Below, in pieces: positions 50,808 through 60,614 of a stretch of DNA of 64,000 bases (within the stretch, counting starts at the first letter, position 1; each line of letters begins with the position of its first letter). Origin of the DNA: an uncultured Chloroflexia bacterium (lineage in GTDB: Bacteria; Chloroflexota; Limnocylindria; QHBO01). A program made the translations under genes and the position numbers. Where the stretch lies: positions 1-64,000 of the forward strand of contig CAWHAZ010000003.1 in assembly GCA_963827475.1 (NCBI GenBank). Reading direction: 5' to 3'. A model generated the notes under the pieces. It did not search any database and was not told the origin of the DNA. It was given only the letters and a program-made list of their open reading frames with translations.

Positions 50808-51679
50808 GCATCCTCGTCAACGCCGAGACGCGACTCCTCATCCAGGGCATCACCGGCCGCGAGGGCCAGTTCCACGGCCAGGCGATGCTCGACTACGGGA
50901 CGCCGGTCGTGTCCGGGGTCACGCCGGGCAAGGGCGGGCAGCGGACGTTCAACGACCGGGTTCCCGTCTTCGACACGGTGGCCGAGGCGATCGCCGAGAC
51001 GGGAGCCAACACCAGCGTGATCTACGTCCCGGCGGCGTTCGCGCCGGACGCGATGCTGGAGGCGGCCGCCGCCGGCATCGGTCTGATCTTCTGCATCACC
51101 GAGGGCATCCCCGCCCTGGACATGCTCCGCGTGTACCACACGGTCCGCCGCCAGGGCGTCCGGCTGGTCGGGCCGAACTGCCCCGGAGCCACGTCCGTCG
51201 GGCAGGCGAAGGTCGGGATCATCCCCGGCAACATCCATCGCCGGGGCCGGGTTGGGGTGGTCAGCCGCTCGGGCACCCTGACCTATGAGGTGGTGCAGGC
51301 CTTGACCGATGAAGGCATCGGTCAGTCCACCTGCGTCGGCATCGGTGGCGATCCGATCGTCGGCACCAACTTCATCGAGGTGCTCGACCTGTTCCAGGCC
51401 GACCCGGATACCGATGCGGTCGTCCTCATCGGCGAGATCGGCGGCGACGAGGAGGAGCGTGCGGCAGCCCACATCGCCCAGTCGATAACGAAGCCGGTGG
51501 CCGCGTTCATCGCCGGCCGGACCGCTCCGCCGGGCCGGCGGATGGGCCATGCCGGGGCGATCATCTCGGGTGGGGCGGGCACGGCTGACTCCAAGCGCGA
51601 GGCGCTCCGCGAGGCGGGCGTCCGCGTCGCGGACTCGCCGCTCCAGATTCCGGCGTTGCTGCGGGGGCCGGTGGGCTAG
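50804..51679 (+). CDS. sucD: succinyl-CoA synthetase alpha subunit
   Basis: [33 protein letters not shown]. Confidence 0.97.
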   Translation: MSILVNAETRLLIQGITGREGQFHGQAMLDYGTPVVSGVTPGKGGQRTFNDRVPVFDTVAEAIAETGANTSVIYVPAAFAPDAMLEAAAAGIGLIFCITEGIPALDMLRVYHTVRRQGVRLVGPNCPGATSVGQAKVGIIPGNIHRRGRVGVVSRSGTLTYEVVQALTDEGIGQSTCVGIGGDPIVGTNFIEVLDLFQADPDTDAVVLIGEIGGDEEERAAAHIAQSITKPVAAFIAGRTAPPGRRMGHAGAIISGGAGTADSKREALREAGVRVADSPLQIPALLRGPVG

Positions 51680-52131
51680 CGAGCCCGGCTGTCCTCGCTC
51701 GCGCCTTCGCGTTCCAGCAACTCCCACAGGACGCCGCTCAGCGTCCGCGGGTGCACGAAAGCCACCGATCCCTCGGCTCCTGGGCGCGGAACCTGGTCGA
51801 CCAGCTCGGCCCCCGCGTCCGCCAGCCGAGCCAGCTCCGCAGCGATGTCGGCGGTCCCGAAACACACGTGGTGCAGCCCCTCCCCGCGCGACGCCAGGAA
51901 GCGGGCGACGCCGCTTTCGGCATCGGTGGGCTGGATGAGCTCGATCCGCGCCGCTGGCGCGGGCCCGGTGGGCAGGAAGCAGAGACGCACGGCCTGGGCG
52001 GCGATCGTCTGGACCTCCGCGTCGGGAGCCAGGCCGAGCAGCTCGCGGTAGCGCGGCAGCGACGCGTCGATGTCGTGGACGACCACGGCCACGTGGTCGA
52101 TCGCTCCGAGGCGCGATTCCGGAGTGGTCAC
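51676..52131 (-). CDS. mce: methylmalonyl-CoA epimerase
   Basis: [38 protein letters not shown]; coupled to the mutase gene. Confidence 0.9.
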   Translation of the reverse strand: MTTPESRLGAIDHVAVVVHDIDASLPRYRELLGLAPDAEVQTIAAQAVRLCFLPTGPAPAARIELIQPTDAESGVARFLASRGEGLHHVCFGTADIAAELARLADAGAELVDQVPRPGAEGSVAFVHPRTLSGVLWELLEREGASEDSRAR

Positions 52132-53768
52132 GGCCGGTGCTCGCCCCACGTCGCCCGCAGGGAATCGGCGATCTCACCCAGCGTAACGTCCGCCTCGACG
52201 CAGGCCCGGATGCGTGGCAGGAGGTTCTCCGTCCCGCGGGCCGCGATGCCGAGCGCCTCGAGTGCCGCGGCGGCCGCCGCCGGATCGCGCGCCGCGCGGA
52301 GCGCTGCCGTGCGCTCGGCCTGCTCCCGTTCGGCCGCCGGGTCGATGACCTGCGGCTGCGGCCGAGCGCCCTCGCCGTCCGTCCCATCGGCGGCATCGGT
52401 GAAGGCGTTGACCCCGACGACGATGGACTCACCTGCTTCGAGGGCCTGCTGGTCCGCGTACGCCGCGTCGGCGATGGCTCCCGCCTGGTAACCAGCCTCC
52501 AGGGCGGCGAGCGGGCCGCCCAGCTCGTCCAGCCGCGCCAGCTCGGCCGTGGCCCGCTCGTCGAGCGCATCGGTCAGTGACTCGACGTACCACGACCCAC
52601 CGAGCGGATCGATCGGCGCGGTCAGGCCAGACTCGTGGGCCAGGACCTGCTGCGTCCGGAGCGCCAGGCGCGCGGCCTCGGGGCTGGGCAGGCCCAGCGC
52701 CTCGTCGAGCGCATTGGTATGGAGCGACTGCGCGCCGCCGAGCACGGCGGACAGCGCCTGGACGGTGGTCCGGACGGTGTTCGTCTCCGGCTGCTGGGCG
52801 GTGAGGGTCGAGCCCGCGGTCTGGACGTGGAAGCGGAGGGTCATGCTCCGCGGATCGGTCGCGCCGTAGCGGTCACGGGCGATCCGCGCCCACAGCCGCC
52901 GGGCGGCGCGGAACTTCGCGACTTCCTCGAACAGGTCGTTGTGGGCGGCGAAGAAGAACGAGAGCCGGGGCGCGAAGTCGTCGAAGGCGAGGCCTGCCGC
53001 GATGGCCGCGTCCGCGTAGCTGATGGCATTGCCCATGGTGTAGGCCAGCTCCTGGGCCGCGGTCGCGCCGGCCTCGCGCATGTGGTAGCCGCTGATGCTG
53101 ATCGGGTTGAACCGGGGCAGGTCGGAGCGGCAATAGGCGATGAGGTCGGTCGCCAGCCGAAGGGAGGGCTGCGGCGGGAAGATATAGGTCCCGCGCGCGA
53201 CGTACTCCTTGAGGATGTCGTTCTGGACCGTGCCCCGCAGGCGGGCCGGCTCGACCCCCTGGCGGCGGCCCACCGCCTCGTACAGGGCGAGCAGGATGGC
53301 GGCGGTGGCGTTGATCGTCATCGAGGTGCTCACCTCTCCGAGGTCGATCCCGTCCAGCAGCCGCTCCATGTCGTGGACCGAGTCGATCGGGACACCGACC
53401 CGCCCGACCTCGCCCGCGACCTGGGGGTCGTCGCTGTCGTAGCCCATCTGGGTCGGCAGGTCGAACGCGACCGAGAGCCCGGTCTGGCCGCCGGCCAGCA
53501 GGTCGCGGTACCGCCGATTGGACTCCGTGGCCGAGGTGAAACCGGCGTACTGGCGCATCGTCCACGGCCGGCCGCGGTAGCCCGTGGCGTGGATGCCACG
53601 GGTGTATGGGTACGCGCCCGGCTCGCCCAGCCGATCGCCCAGCCCGACCGTCACATCGGTGGACCGATAGACGTCGCCGATCTCGATTCCCGAGCTGGTC
53701 CGCTCGTGTCGCGAGGGGCGTTCCGGGGCGTCGCCCGTGGCATCGTCCCGTTCCGGTCCCCTGGTCAC
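52128..53768 (-). CDS. methylmalonyl-CoA mutase, substrate-binding subunit (no B12-binding domain)
   Basis: [15 protein letters not shown] (Tyr), [23 protein letters not shown] (Arg), SISGYH, QSLHTN; Tyr and Arg indicate MCM rather than ICM specificity. Confidence 0.92.
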   Translation of the reverse strand: MTRGPERDDATGDAPERPSRHERTSSGIEIGDVYRSTDVTVGLGDRLGEPGAYPYTRGIHATGYRGRPWTMRQYAGFTSATESNRRYRDLLAGGQTGLSVAFDLPTQMGYDSDDPQVAGEVGRVGVPIDSVHDMERLLDGIDLGEVSTSMTINATAAILLALYEAVGRRQGVEPARLRGTVQNDILKEYVARGTYIFPPQPSLRLATDLIAYCRSDLPRFNPISISGYHMREAGATAAQELAYTMGNAISYADAAIAAGLAFDDFAPRLSFFFAAHNDLFEEVAKFRAARRLWARIARDRYGATDPRSMTLRFHVQTAGSTLTAQQPETNTVRTTVQALSAVLGGAQSLHTNALDEALGLPSPEAARLALRTQQVLAHESGLTAPIDPLGGSWYVESLTDALDERATAELARLDELGGPLAALEAGYQAGAIADAAYADQQALEAGESIVVGVNAFTDAADGTDGEGARPQPQVIDPAAEREQAERTAALRAARDPAAAAAALEALGIAARGTENLLPRIRACVEADVTLGEIADSLRATWGEHRP

Positions 53769-53778
53769 GCGGCCGATT

Positions 53779-54255
53779 CTACGGGTCCGGATCGGCGAGC
53801 CGAACGAGGAGGATGCCGGTGGTGATCGCCTGCCCGGGCGCGACCTCGATCGCGGTCACGCGCCCGTGGCGCGGGGCGCGGATCTCGTTCTGCATCTTCA
53901 TGGCCTCGATCGTCACCAGCGGATCACCGGCAGCCACCTCGTCGCCAACCGCCACGCCGACCCGGACCACGAGGCCGGGCAGGGTGGCGCGGACCTCCGC
54001 CGGCCCACCTCGACGGGCAGCCAGGCCGCCGGTCTCAGCCAGCAATCGGTCCCGGTGGCTGCGAACGGCGACGGCGATCCGCCGGCCCCGAACGGTGACC
54101 ACCCACTCCCCGCCGCCACCCTCGACCGCGACCAGCTCCCGCTCCGGACCGCGGCGAAGGAGCGCCACCCTCTCCGCGCGGTCGACCCAGACGAGCGACC
54201 AGTCATTGGCCGGGTCCACCGGCTCGCCGCCGACCAGGAGCTCGACCGTCGTCAG
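53779..54255 (-). CDS. biotin carboxyl carrier protein; start uncertain
   Basis: [21 protein letters not shown] biotinyl-Lys motif. The frame is open to CTG 54255; first canonical start is 54219. Confidence 0.88.
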   Translation of the reverse strand: MTTVELLVGGEPVDPANDWSLVWVDRAERVALLRRGPERELVAVEGGGGEWVVTVRGRRIAVAVRSHRDRLLAETGGLAARRGGPAEVRATLPGLVVRVGVAVGDEVAAGDPLVTIEAMKMQNEIRAPRHGRVTAIEVAPGQAITTGILLVRLADPDP

Positions 54256-55769
54256 TCATCGTCAACCGCCTCGCGGCGGGCCAGTCGGCTCCACGGCCGT
54301 TCACCGTTCAGGGCGGGGCCGGCCCGGAGGCCCTCGCCCGTCGGGCGCGGCTCGGCCAGGTCCCGTCGGGCGCCGGCGACCGCGGCCGCCGCCAGCGACC
54401 GATCGCGCTCGGTCATCGGCGGACCGTCGACCCAGGTGTCGGCCACCAGCCCGGTGTCGTACCGCCCGTCCACGAACGCCGGCTGGGCGACCAGCCAGTG
54501 ATGGAAGCCGAGCGTGGTCGGCATCCCGCCGACGACGGTCTCATCGAGCGCGCGCCGCAGCCGGGCGACGGCCGCATCGCGGTCGGGGGCGTGGACCATG
54601 AGCTTGGCCAGCAGCGGGTCGTACGCTGTCGGGAGCTCGTACCCGGCTTCGACGCCGGCGTCGACCCGGATCCCGGGCCCGGCCGCCATCTGCCATGCCT
54701 CGATCGACCCCGCGCTCGGCCGGAAGCCGTCCCACGGGTCCTCGGCGTACATCCGGACCTGGATGGCGTGTCCGCGCGGAGCCGCCTCGAGGACCTCGGC
54801 CGGAAGCCGCTCCCCGGCCGCCACCCGCAGCTGCCAGACCACGATGTCAACTCCGGTGACCAGCTCGGTGACGCCGTGCTCGACCTGGAGCCGGGTATTC
54901 ATCTCCAGGAACCAGCGGTTGCCCTCCGCGTCGACGAGGAACTCGACCGTGGCCGCGTTGTGAAACCGGACTGCCTCCGCAACGCGCCGCGCGTCGTCCG
55001 CCAGCCCGGCCCGGGTCGCGGTCGACAGGTGCGGCGCCGGCGCTTCCTCGACCAGCTTCTGGTGGCGCCGTTGGATCGAGCAGTCGCGCTCGCCAAGGAC
55101 CGCGAGGTTCCCCGCCCGGTCACCGAGCAGCTGGACCTCGACGTGTCGCGCCGGGGTGATGAGCTTCTCGACGTAGACCGTGCCGTCACCGAAGGCCGCG
55201 ACCGCCTCCGCGCGCGCGGCGTCCAACGCGGCATCCAGCTCGCTCGCCTCGTCGACGCGGCGCACGCCGCGACCTCCGCCACCGGCGGCGGCCTTGACCA
55301 GCAGCGGATACCCGATGTCCTCCACCTCCGCCGGTCGCGCGGCCTCGACAGCGACCAGCAGTCCGGGTGTCACCGCGACGCCAGCATCAGCCGCGGTCCG
55401 TCGCGCGGCCAGCTTGTTGCCGAGGCCCTCCATCGTTTCGGCCGGCGGCCCGACGAACACCAGGCCGGCGGACTCGACCGCGCGGGCGAATGCCGCGCTC
55501 TCGCTGAGGAAGCCGTAGCCGGGGTGGATGGCCTCTGCCTCGCTGCGACGCGCGGCGTCGAGGATGGCGTCGCTGGACAGGTACGACTCCGCCGCCGGCG
55601 TCGGGCCGATCCACTCCGCGCGATCCATGGCGCGGACGTGCGGCGCATCGCGGTCGGCGTCGGAGTAGACCGCGACCGACTCGACGCCCAGCTCGCGGCA
55701 GGCGCGGGCGACCCGGATCGCGATTTCCCCGCGGTTCGCGACGAGGACCCGGCGAAACGGCGGCGTCAC
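54252..55769 (-). CDS. acyl-CoA carboxylase, biotin carboxylase subunit
   Basis: VLVANRGEIA, HPGYGFLSE, GGGGRG, RDCSIQRRHQK, EMNTRLQVEH, YAEDP. Confidence 0.95.
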   Translation of the reverse strand: MTPPFRRVLVANRGEIAIRVARACRELGVESVAVYSDADRDAPHVRAMDRAEWIGPTPAAESYLSSDAILDAARRSEAEAIHPGYGFLSESAAFARAVESAGLVFVGPPAETMEGLGNKLAARRTAADAGVAVTPGLLVAVEAARPAEVEDIGYPLLVKAAAGGGGRGVRRVDEASELDAALDAARAEAVAAFGDGTVYVEKLITPARHVEVQLLGDRAGNLAVLGERDCSIQRRHQKLVEEAPAPHLSTATRAGLADDARRVAEAVRFHNAATVEFLVDAEGNRWFLEMNTRLQVEHGVTELVTGVDIVVWQLRVAAGERLPAEVLEAAPRGHAIQVRMYAEDPWDGFRPSAGSIEAWQMAAGPGIRVDAGVEAGYELPTAYDPLLAKLMVHAPDRDAAVARLRRALDETVVGGMPTTLGFHHWLVAQPAFVDGRYDTGLVADTWVDGPPMTERDRSLAAAAVAGARRDLAEPRPTGEGLRAGPALNGERPWSRLARREAVDDD

Positions 55770-55787
55770 TGTCTTTGCGGAAAGACG
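55770..55787. repeat. palindromic site A, TGTCTTTGCGGAAAGACG
   Basis: GTCTTT-N4-AAAGAC; 16/18 identical to the reverse complement of 57485-57502. Confidence 0.75.
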
Positions 55788-55800
55788 GCCCGGTCGCGGG

Positions 55801-57356
55801 TCAGAGTGGGATGTTGCCGTGTTTCCGTCGCGGACCCGCCTGCCGCTTCCCATCGAGTACGGACAGCGCGCCCGCCACGCGCATCCGCGTCTCGGACGGC
55901 CGGATCACCTCGTCGATGTATCCGCGGCTGGCAGCGACGTATGGGTTCGCGAATCGCTCCTCGTATTCCGCGACCAGCGCGGCGCGCTCCGCATCCGGAT
56001 CGGTGGCGCCCGCGATCCGATCCTTGAAGACAATGTTCACCGCGCCCTCGACCCCCATCACCGCGATCTCTGCTGTCGGCCACGCGTAGTTCAAGTCGCC
56101 CCGAATGTGTTTGCTGCTCATCACGTCGTAGGCGCCGCCGTACGCCTTGCGCGTAATGACCGTCACTTTCGGCACCGTGGCTTCCGCGTAGGCGTACAGC
56201 AACTTGGCGCCGTGCCGAATGATGCCGCGATGCTCCTGGTCCACCCCCGGCAGAAAACCGGGAACGTCAACCAGGGTCAGCAATGGAACGTTGAAACAGT
56301 CGCAGGTCCGAACGAATCGCGCGGCCTTGTCGGACGCGTCAATGTCGAGGACGCCGGCCAGCACATCGGGTTGCTGCCCGACGACGCCGACGACGCGCCC
56401 TTCGATCCTGCGCGAAACCACAGATGATGTTCCTCGCGAATCCGGCATGCACCTCGAGGAACGAATCGCCATCGACGATTCCGGCGATGACCTGGTGCAT
56501 GTCATAGGACTGCTGCGCCGAATCCGGTACGAGTGCATCGAGCCCGTCGCCGGAAACCGCCGGCGAGGACCACTCGCCCAGCGCGCGCGACAGGATCCAC
56601 GTTGTTCTGTGGCAGGTAGGCAAGCAGCCGTCGCGCCAGGAGCAGCGCATCGGACTCGGATGTCGCGAGAAAGTGCGCGACACCGCTGACCTCGTTGTGA
56701 ATCCGCGCCCCGCCTAAGCCCTCGAAGTCGATGTCCTCGTGGGTCACGGTTTTCACGACCGTCGGCCCGGTGACGAACATGTAGCTCGATCCGTCGACCA
56801 TGACCGTGAAGTCGGTGATGGCCGGCGAGTAGACCGCACCACCTGCGCATGGTCCGAGAACGACCGACAGCTGCGGCACGACACCGGACGCAAGGGTGTT
56901 GCGCAGGAAGATCTCCGCGTAGCCGCCCAGCGAGTCGACCCCCTCCTGGATGCGGGCTCCGCCGGAATCGGCCAGGCCGATGATCGGCGCCCCGCTGGCG
57001 ACCGCAAGATCCATCACCTTGCAGATCTTTTCCGCATGCGCTTCCGACAGGGAGCCGCCGAACACGGTGAAATCCTGCGAGTAGACGAAGACCGTGCGCC
57101 CATCGATCGTGCCCCAACCGGTGATTACCCCGTCACCGAGATACCGCTCCCCATCAAGGCCGAACTCGGTGGTGCGGTGGGTAACGAACGCGTCGAGCTC
57201 GACGAACGACGCTTCGTCCAACAGGATCTCGAGCCGTTCGCGAGCCGTCAGCTTGCCGCGCGCATGCTGCTGCGCCATCCGCTCCTCGCCGCCACCGAGC
57301 TGGGCGTCGCGTCTCAGTTGTTCGAGGTGCTCAAGCTTGTCGGCTGTCGACACCAA
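55801..57356 (-). CDS. pccB: propionyl-CoA carboxylase carboxyltransferase subunit, frameshifts near 56570 and 56410
   Basis: [39 protein letters not shown]; then [15 protein letters not shown]; then [24 protein letters not shown], in three successive frames. Confidence 0.92.
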
Positions 57357-57372
57357 TCCTCCAGAAAGGATG

Positions 57373-57445
57373 TGGGCCCAGCAGGGATCGAACCTGCGAC
57401 CAGCCGGTTATGAGCCGGATGCTCTGACCACTGAGCTATGGGCCC
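57373..57445 (-). tRNA. tRNA with CAT anticodon, probably tRNA-Ile2 (lysidine type); CCA not encoded
   Basis: GGGCCCATAGCTCAGTGGTCAGAGCA-TCCGG-CT-CAT-AA-CCGGC-TGGTCGCAGGTTCGATCCCTGCTGGGCCCA; paired 1:72 and no triple G-C anticodon stem, so not initiator; resembles ileX-type tRNAs. TATACT -10 at 57478-57473. Confidence 0.9.
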
Positions 57446-57484
57446 GATGGGGCTGGGCGGTGGACAACTCCGAGTATAGGGGCT

Positions 57485-57502
57485 CGTCTTTGCACAAAGA
57501 CA
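57485..57502. repeat. palindromic site B, CGTCTTTGCACAAAGACA
   Basis: GTCTTTG-CA-CAAAGAC, upstream of parA and over the -35 zone of the tRNA promoter. Confidence 0.75.
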
Positions 57503-57519
57503 TCGACAGTCGGGGACGT

Positions 57520-57528
57520 TGTGGATAA
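57520..57528 (-). promoter_or_regulatory. consensus DnaA box
   Basis: Plus-strand TGTGGATAA = TTATCCACA; a weaker same-orientation box GGTGGACAA lies at 57459-57467. Confidence 0.65.
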
Positions 57529-57615
57529 CCCCGGTGACCCGGGAGCCTCGCCCTGCCTATCATCGGTGACGGATCGCAACTCGCGATTTCGCAGCCCGAA
57601 ACGTATCCGCGGAAG

Positions 57616-58392
57616 GTGTTTGCCTTGACCAAAGTCATCTCCCTGGCGAATCAGAAAGGCGGCGTCGGGAAGACCACCTGCACGATCAACCTCGGTGGCG
57701 CCCTGGCCGAGCTCGGCTATCGCGTGCTCTGCATCGACATGGATCCGCAGGCCAACCTCACGGTCGGCCTCGGCATCTCGCTGCTCGACGTCCATCGGTC
57801 GATGGGAGACGTCCTGAACGAGGATCGCCTCGGTCTCGACGAGGTCATTCTCGAAACGCGGGTTGCCGGCATGTCCGTCGCGCCGGCCACCCTGGAGCTC
57901 GCCTCCACCGAGGTGGAGCTGTTCACGGCCATCGGTCGCGAGATGGTGCTCCGCGACGCGATCTCCGGATCGGCGGATCGGCGCTACGACGTGATCCTCA
58001 TCGACTGCCCGCCAACCCTGGGCCTGCTCACGATCAATGCGCTCGTCGCATCGTCCCGGGTGATCATCCCGGTCCAGACCCAGTTCTACGCGATCAAGGG
58101 CCTGACCGCCCTGATCAAGGTCATCAACACCATCCGCGTGAAGCTGAACCACGACCTCGAGATCCTCGGCCTGCTGCCGACGTTCTACGACGGTCGCACC
58201 ATCCTGGCCCGCGAAATGCTGGAGAACCTTCGCGAGCTCGGGGACCATCGAGTCTTCAACACCATGATCAAGAACACCGTGAAGCTCGGCGAGGCGCCCC
58301 TCACCGGCCGACCGGTGACCGAGTACGCGCCCAGCTCGGCAGCTGCCCATGCATTCCGCGATCTCGCCCGGGAGGTGATCGAGCTTGGCTAG
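57616..58392 (+). CDS. parA: ParA/Soj family ATPase
   Basis: NQKGGVGKTT, IDMDPQANL, IDCPPTLGLLTINAL, VKLGEAP. Confidence 0.95.
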   Translation: MFALTKVISLANQKGGVGKTTCTINLGGALAELGYRVLCIDMDPQANLTVGLGISLLDVHRSMGDVLNEDRLGLDEVILETRVAGMSVAPATLELASTEVELFTAIGREMVLRDAISGSADRRYDVILIDCPPTLGLLTINALVASSRVIIPVQTQFYAIKGLTALIKVINTIRVKLNHDLEILGLLPTFYDGRTILAREMLENLRELGDHRVFNTMIKNTVKLGEAPLTGRPVTEYAPSSAAAHAFRDLAREVIELG

Positions 58393-59353
58393 AACACCAG
58401 TCTTCAAAGACAACATCGCCCGCCTTTTCGACGAAGCGGCCGCCACCGAGCTGACGCCCGGCATCGTCTCGCTCATCGAGTCGAAGGCGACGCGGGCCCA
58501 GATCCGGGAGATCCCGGTTGGGAAGATCCTCCCCAACCCCGCGCAGCCACGGCTGTCGTACGACGAGGCCTCGCTCAGCGAGCTGGCGGAGTCGATTCGC
58601 GAGCACGGCGTGCTGCAGGCCATCCTCGTCCGGCCGGCCGGGGCCCAGTTCGAGCTCATCGCCGGAGAGCGCCGATGGCGCGCGTCGCGGCTGGCCGGGA
58701 TGGCCACCATTCCCGCGGTCGTCCTCGAATTCGACGAGGAGACCGCGCTCGAGGTCTCGATCATCGAGAACCTCCAGCGGGAGGACGTCTCGCCGCTCGA
58801 AGAGGCGGCGATGTATCGAAAGATGCTGGCCCTCGGCTACTCCGTTCGGCAGCTGGCGGGCAAGATCGGCAAGGACAAGGGCTACGTCGAGAACCGCCTG
58901 CGCCTGACCGATGCGCCGCCGGAGGTCCGCGAGCTGGTCGCCGGCCGGAAGGACACCATCAGCCACGCCTACGAGCTGATGAAGGTGACCGACGACAAGA
59001 CCCGTCGCAAGCTCGCGAAGCGCGTGGCGGCCGGCGAGCTAACCCTCGCCAAGCTCCGGCGGCTGACCGGCACCCGGGAGCCAAAGGAGAAGGACGCCGA
59101 GGCCCGCCCGAAGCGACGGTCCCGGACCGCGGCCGGGGTGGCCGTCGCGGCCCGGAACACCGATGACGCGCTGATGGACCTCAAGGGCCGGCTGGCCACG
59201 GTGGTCGACGAGCTGGCAGATCTGCTTCGCCAGCGGGAGGTCATCGAGCAGATCCCGAACACCAACCGGGACAACCTGGCCAAGTACCTGACCATCACCA
59301 AGCTCAAGCTCGAGAACGCCATCGCCATCGTCCGCGCCTCGCGCGACGAGTAG
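58385..59353 (+). CDS. parB: ParB/Spo0J family CTPase and DNA-binding protein
   Basis: PNPAQPR, LAESIREHGVLQ, IAGERRWRA, ENLQREDVSPLEEA, HTH; TTG overlaps the parA end. Confidence 0.93.
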   Translation: MARTPVFKDNIARLFDEAAATELTPGIVSLIESKATRAQIREIPVGKILPNPAQPRLSYDEASLSELAESIREHGVLQAILVRPAGAQFELIAGERRWRASRLAGMATIPAVVLEFDEETALEVSIIENLQREDVSPLEEAAMYRKMLALGYSVRQLAGKIGKDKGYVENRLRLTDAPPEVRELVAGRKDTISHAYELMKVTDDKTRRKLAKRVAAGELTLAKLRRLTGTREPKEKDAEARPKRRSRTAAGVAVAARNTDDALMDLKGRLATVVDELADLLRQREVIEQIPNTNRDNLAKYLTITKLKLENAIAIVRASRDE

Positions 59354-59383
59354 TCCCGGCCGGGCTGCCCACCCGGCCCGGGG

Positions 59384-59740
59384 CTAGGGGGTGTAGGACA
59401 TCACCTCGCGGTGGGCGACGAGGAAGTCGATCAGCTTGTTCCGCGCGTCCGGATCGGTCCGGCGCAGCCCGGCGACGGACTTCGGCAGCTCGAAGATCGG
59501 GGCGGCCAGCGCGCCGGCGGTGTCGATCCCGACCACGTGGTCGGGGCCTCCGCCCACCAGGAACACCCGCTGGAAGCCTCGGGCATCGAGCCCCGCGGCG
59601 TCGTTGAAGGCGGCGACCGCGGTCCCGACTCCGCGGCGCTTGGCGAAGTCGATGAACAGGTCCGCGGCCCACGTGTCGATCTGGTCATCGGCCTGGGCCG
59701 ACACCATCTCGCGGTAGGGCATCTCCTCGGTCAGGTCCAC
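59384..59740 (-). CDS. hypothetical protein (~118 aa)
   Basis: GTG 59740 after AGGAG, TAGAAT -10 at 59772-59767; globular composition, G/C-ending codons. Confidence 0.7.
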   Translation of the reverse strand: MDLTEEMPYREMVSAQADDQIDTWAADLFIDFAKRRGVGTAVAAFNDAAGLDARGFQRVFLVGGGPDHVVGIDTAGALAAPIFELPKSVAGLRRTDPDARNKLIDFLVAHREVMSYTP

Positions 59741-59799
59741 GCGATCTCCTCGGTCGGTGCGGGCGGATTCTAGCCGGACGCCGCTGCTATCCTCGGCCG

Positions 59800-60354
59800 G
59801 TGCTGTCCCGCCACAGCGATCCACGCACCGAGGACATCATCACCTTCGACCTGGTCCGCGCGGGGCCCGACGGGGAGGCGGTGATCGGGTCGGCCACCTT
59901 CCAGGCCGGCCGATCGCGGGTGGATGCCCCGGAGAACGTCACCGCGGCGCTCGAAGAGCTGCTGGCCCAGCCCTTCGTCGACCGGGTCCGAGCCGATGAG
60001 CGGCCGCGTGGCTACCGTCGATCCGGGCAGGGGCAGGTCGACCTCCTCGTGCCGGGCATGGCCGAGCACTTCGTGGCCCGGATGCGTGGCCTGTGGCTGG
60101 CCTTCCCCGACCAGACCGTGGTCACCGCCCGCGAGGGCCGCGTCCAGCAGTCCGCTCCCCCACCGTCGTCCCTGCCCGAGGCCGCCGAGGCAGGCCCGCC
60201 CGTCGTCGACCCCGCCGTCCGCCGCTCCACCCTGGAACGCGCCGACAACGCGGTCAGCGCCCGGGCTCTGGTCCGCGCCGCGGACCCCGACGCCGGGACG
60301 CGACCGACCGGCTCGGTGGCGGTTCGACGGACCGACTGCGGCTGGATCGTGTGA
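59800..60354 (+). CDS. hypothetical protein (184 aa)
   Basis: TGcTATCCT extended -10 six nt before the GTG; G/C-ending codons. Confidence 0.65.
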   Translation: MLSRHSDPRTEDIITFDLVRAGPDGEAVIGSATFQAGRSRVDAPENVTAALEELLAQPFVDRVRADERPRGYRRSGQGQVDLLVPGMAEHFVARMRGLWLAFPDQTVVTAREGRVQQSAPPPSSLPEAAEAGPPVVDPAVRRSTLERADNAVSARALVRAADPDAGTRPTGSVAVRRTDCGWIV

Positions 60355-60381
60355 GCGGCCCATCGGTATGATGGCGACGCG

Positions 60382-60597
60382 ATGAGGCTGGCCCGCTACC
60401 TGTTCTTCCCGGCGCTGGTGTTCATCACCGCGGCGGTGTACTACACGTTCAGCCAGCCGCAGGACCTGGCCGGCGCAACGATGCTCGTGTTCTTCGGTGG
60501 CGCCATGACCTTCTTCATGTGGGTCCTCGTTCCGACCTTCGACCACGAGGGCAACACCGCTCCGATCGACCCGGACTTCGAGCTGCCCGAGGATTGA
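60382..60597 (+). CDS. small two-TM protein resembling the N-terminal half of CtaF (cytochrome c oxidase subunit IV)
   Basis: LFFPALVFITAAVYY...DLAGATMLVFFGGAM recalls the CtaF EWAGTTAL...GG segment; acidic tail. Confidence 0.55.
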   Translation: MRLARYLFFPALVFITAAVYYTFSQPQDLAGATMLVFFGGAMTFFMWVLVPTFDHEGNTAPIDPDFELPED

Positions 60598-60614
60598 GCG
60601 GCGGCCAGCCGCCC

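Noticed and set aside
55770-57502. Sites A and B as terminal inverted repeats of a transposon or invertible segment
   Set aside because: Each site is itself a palindrome, no recombinase is present, no target duplication is evident, and pccB is in normal operon orientation. A protein-binding site fits better.
57446-57615. Possible oriC
   Set aside because: Only one perfect and one weak DnaA box, no AT-rich unwinding element, and no dnaA/dnaN/rpmH/gidB nearby.
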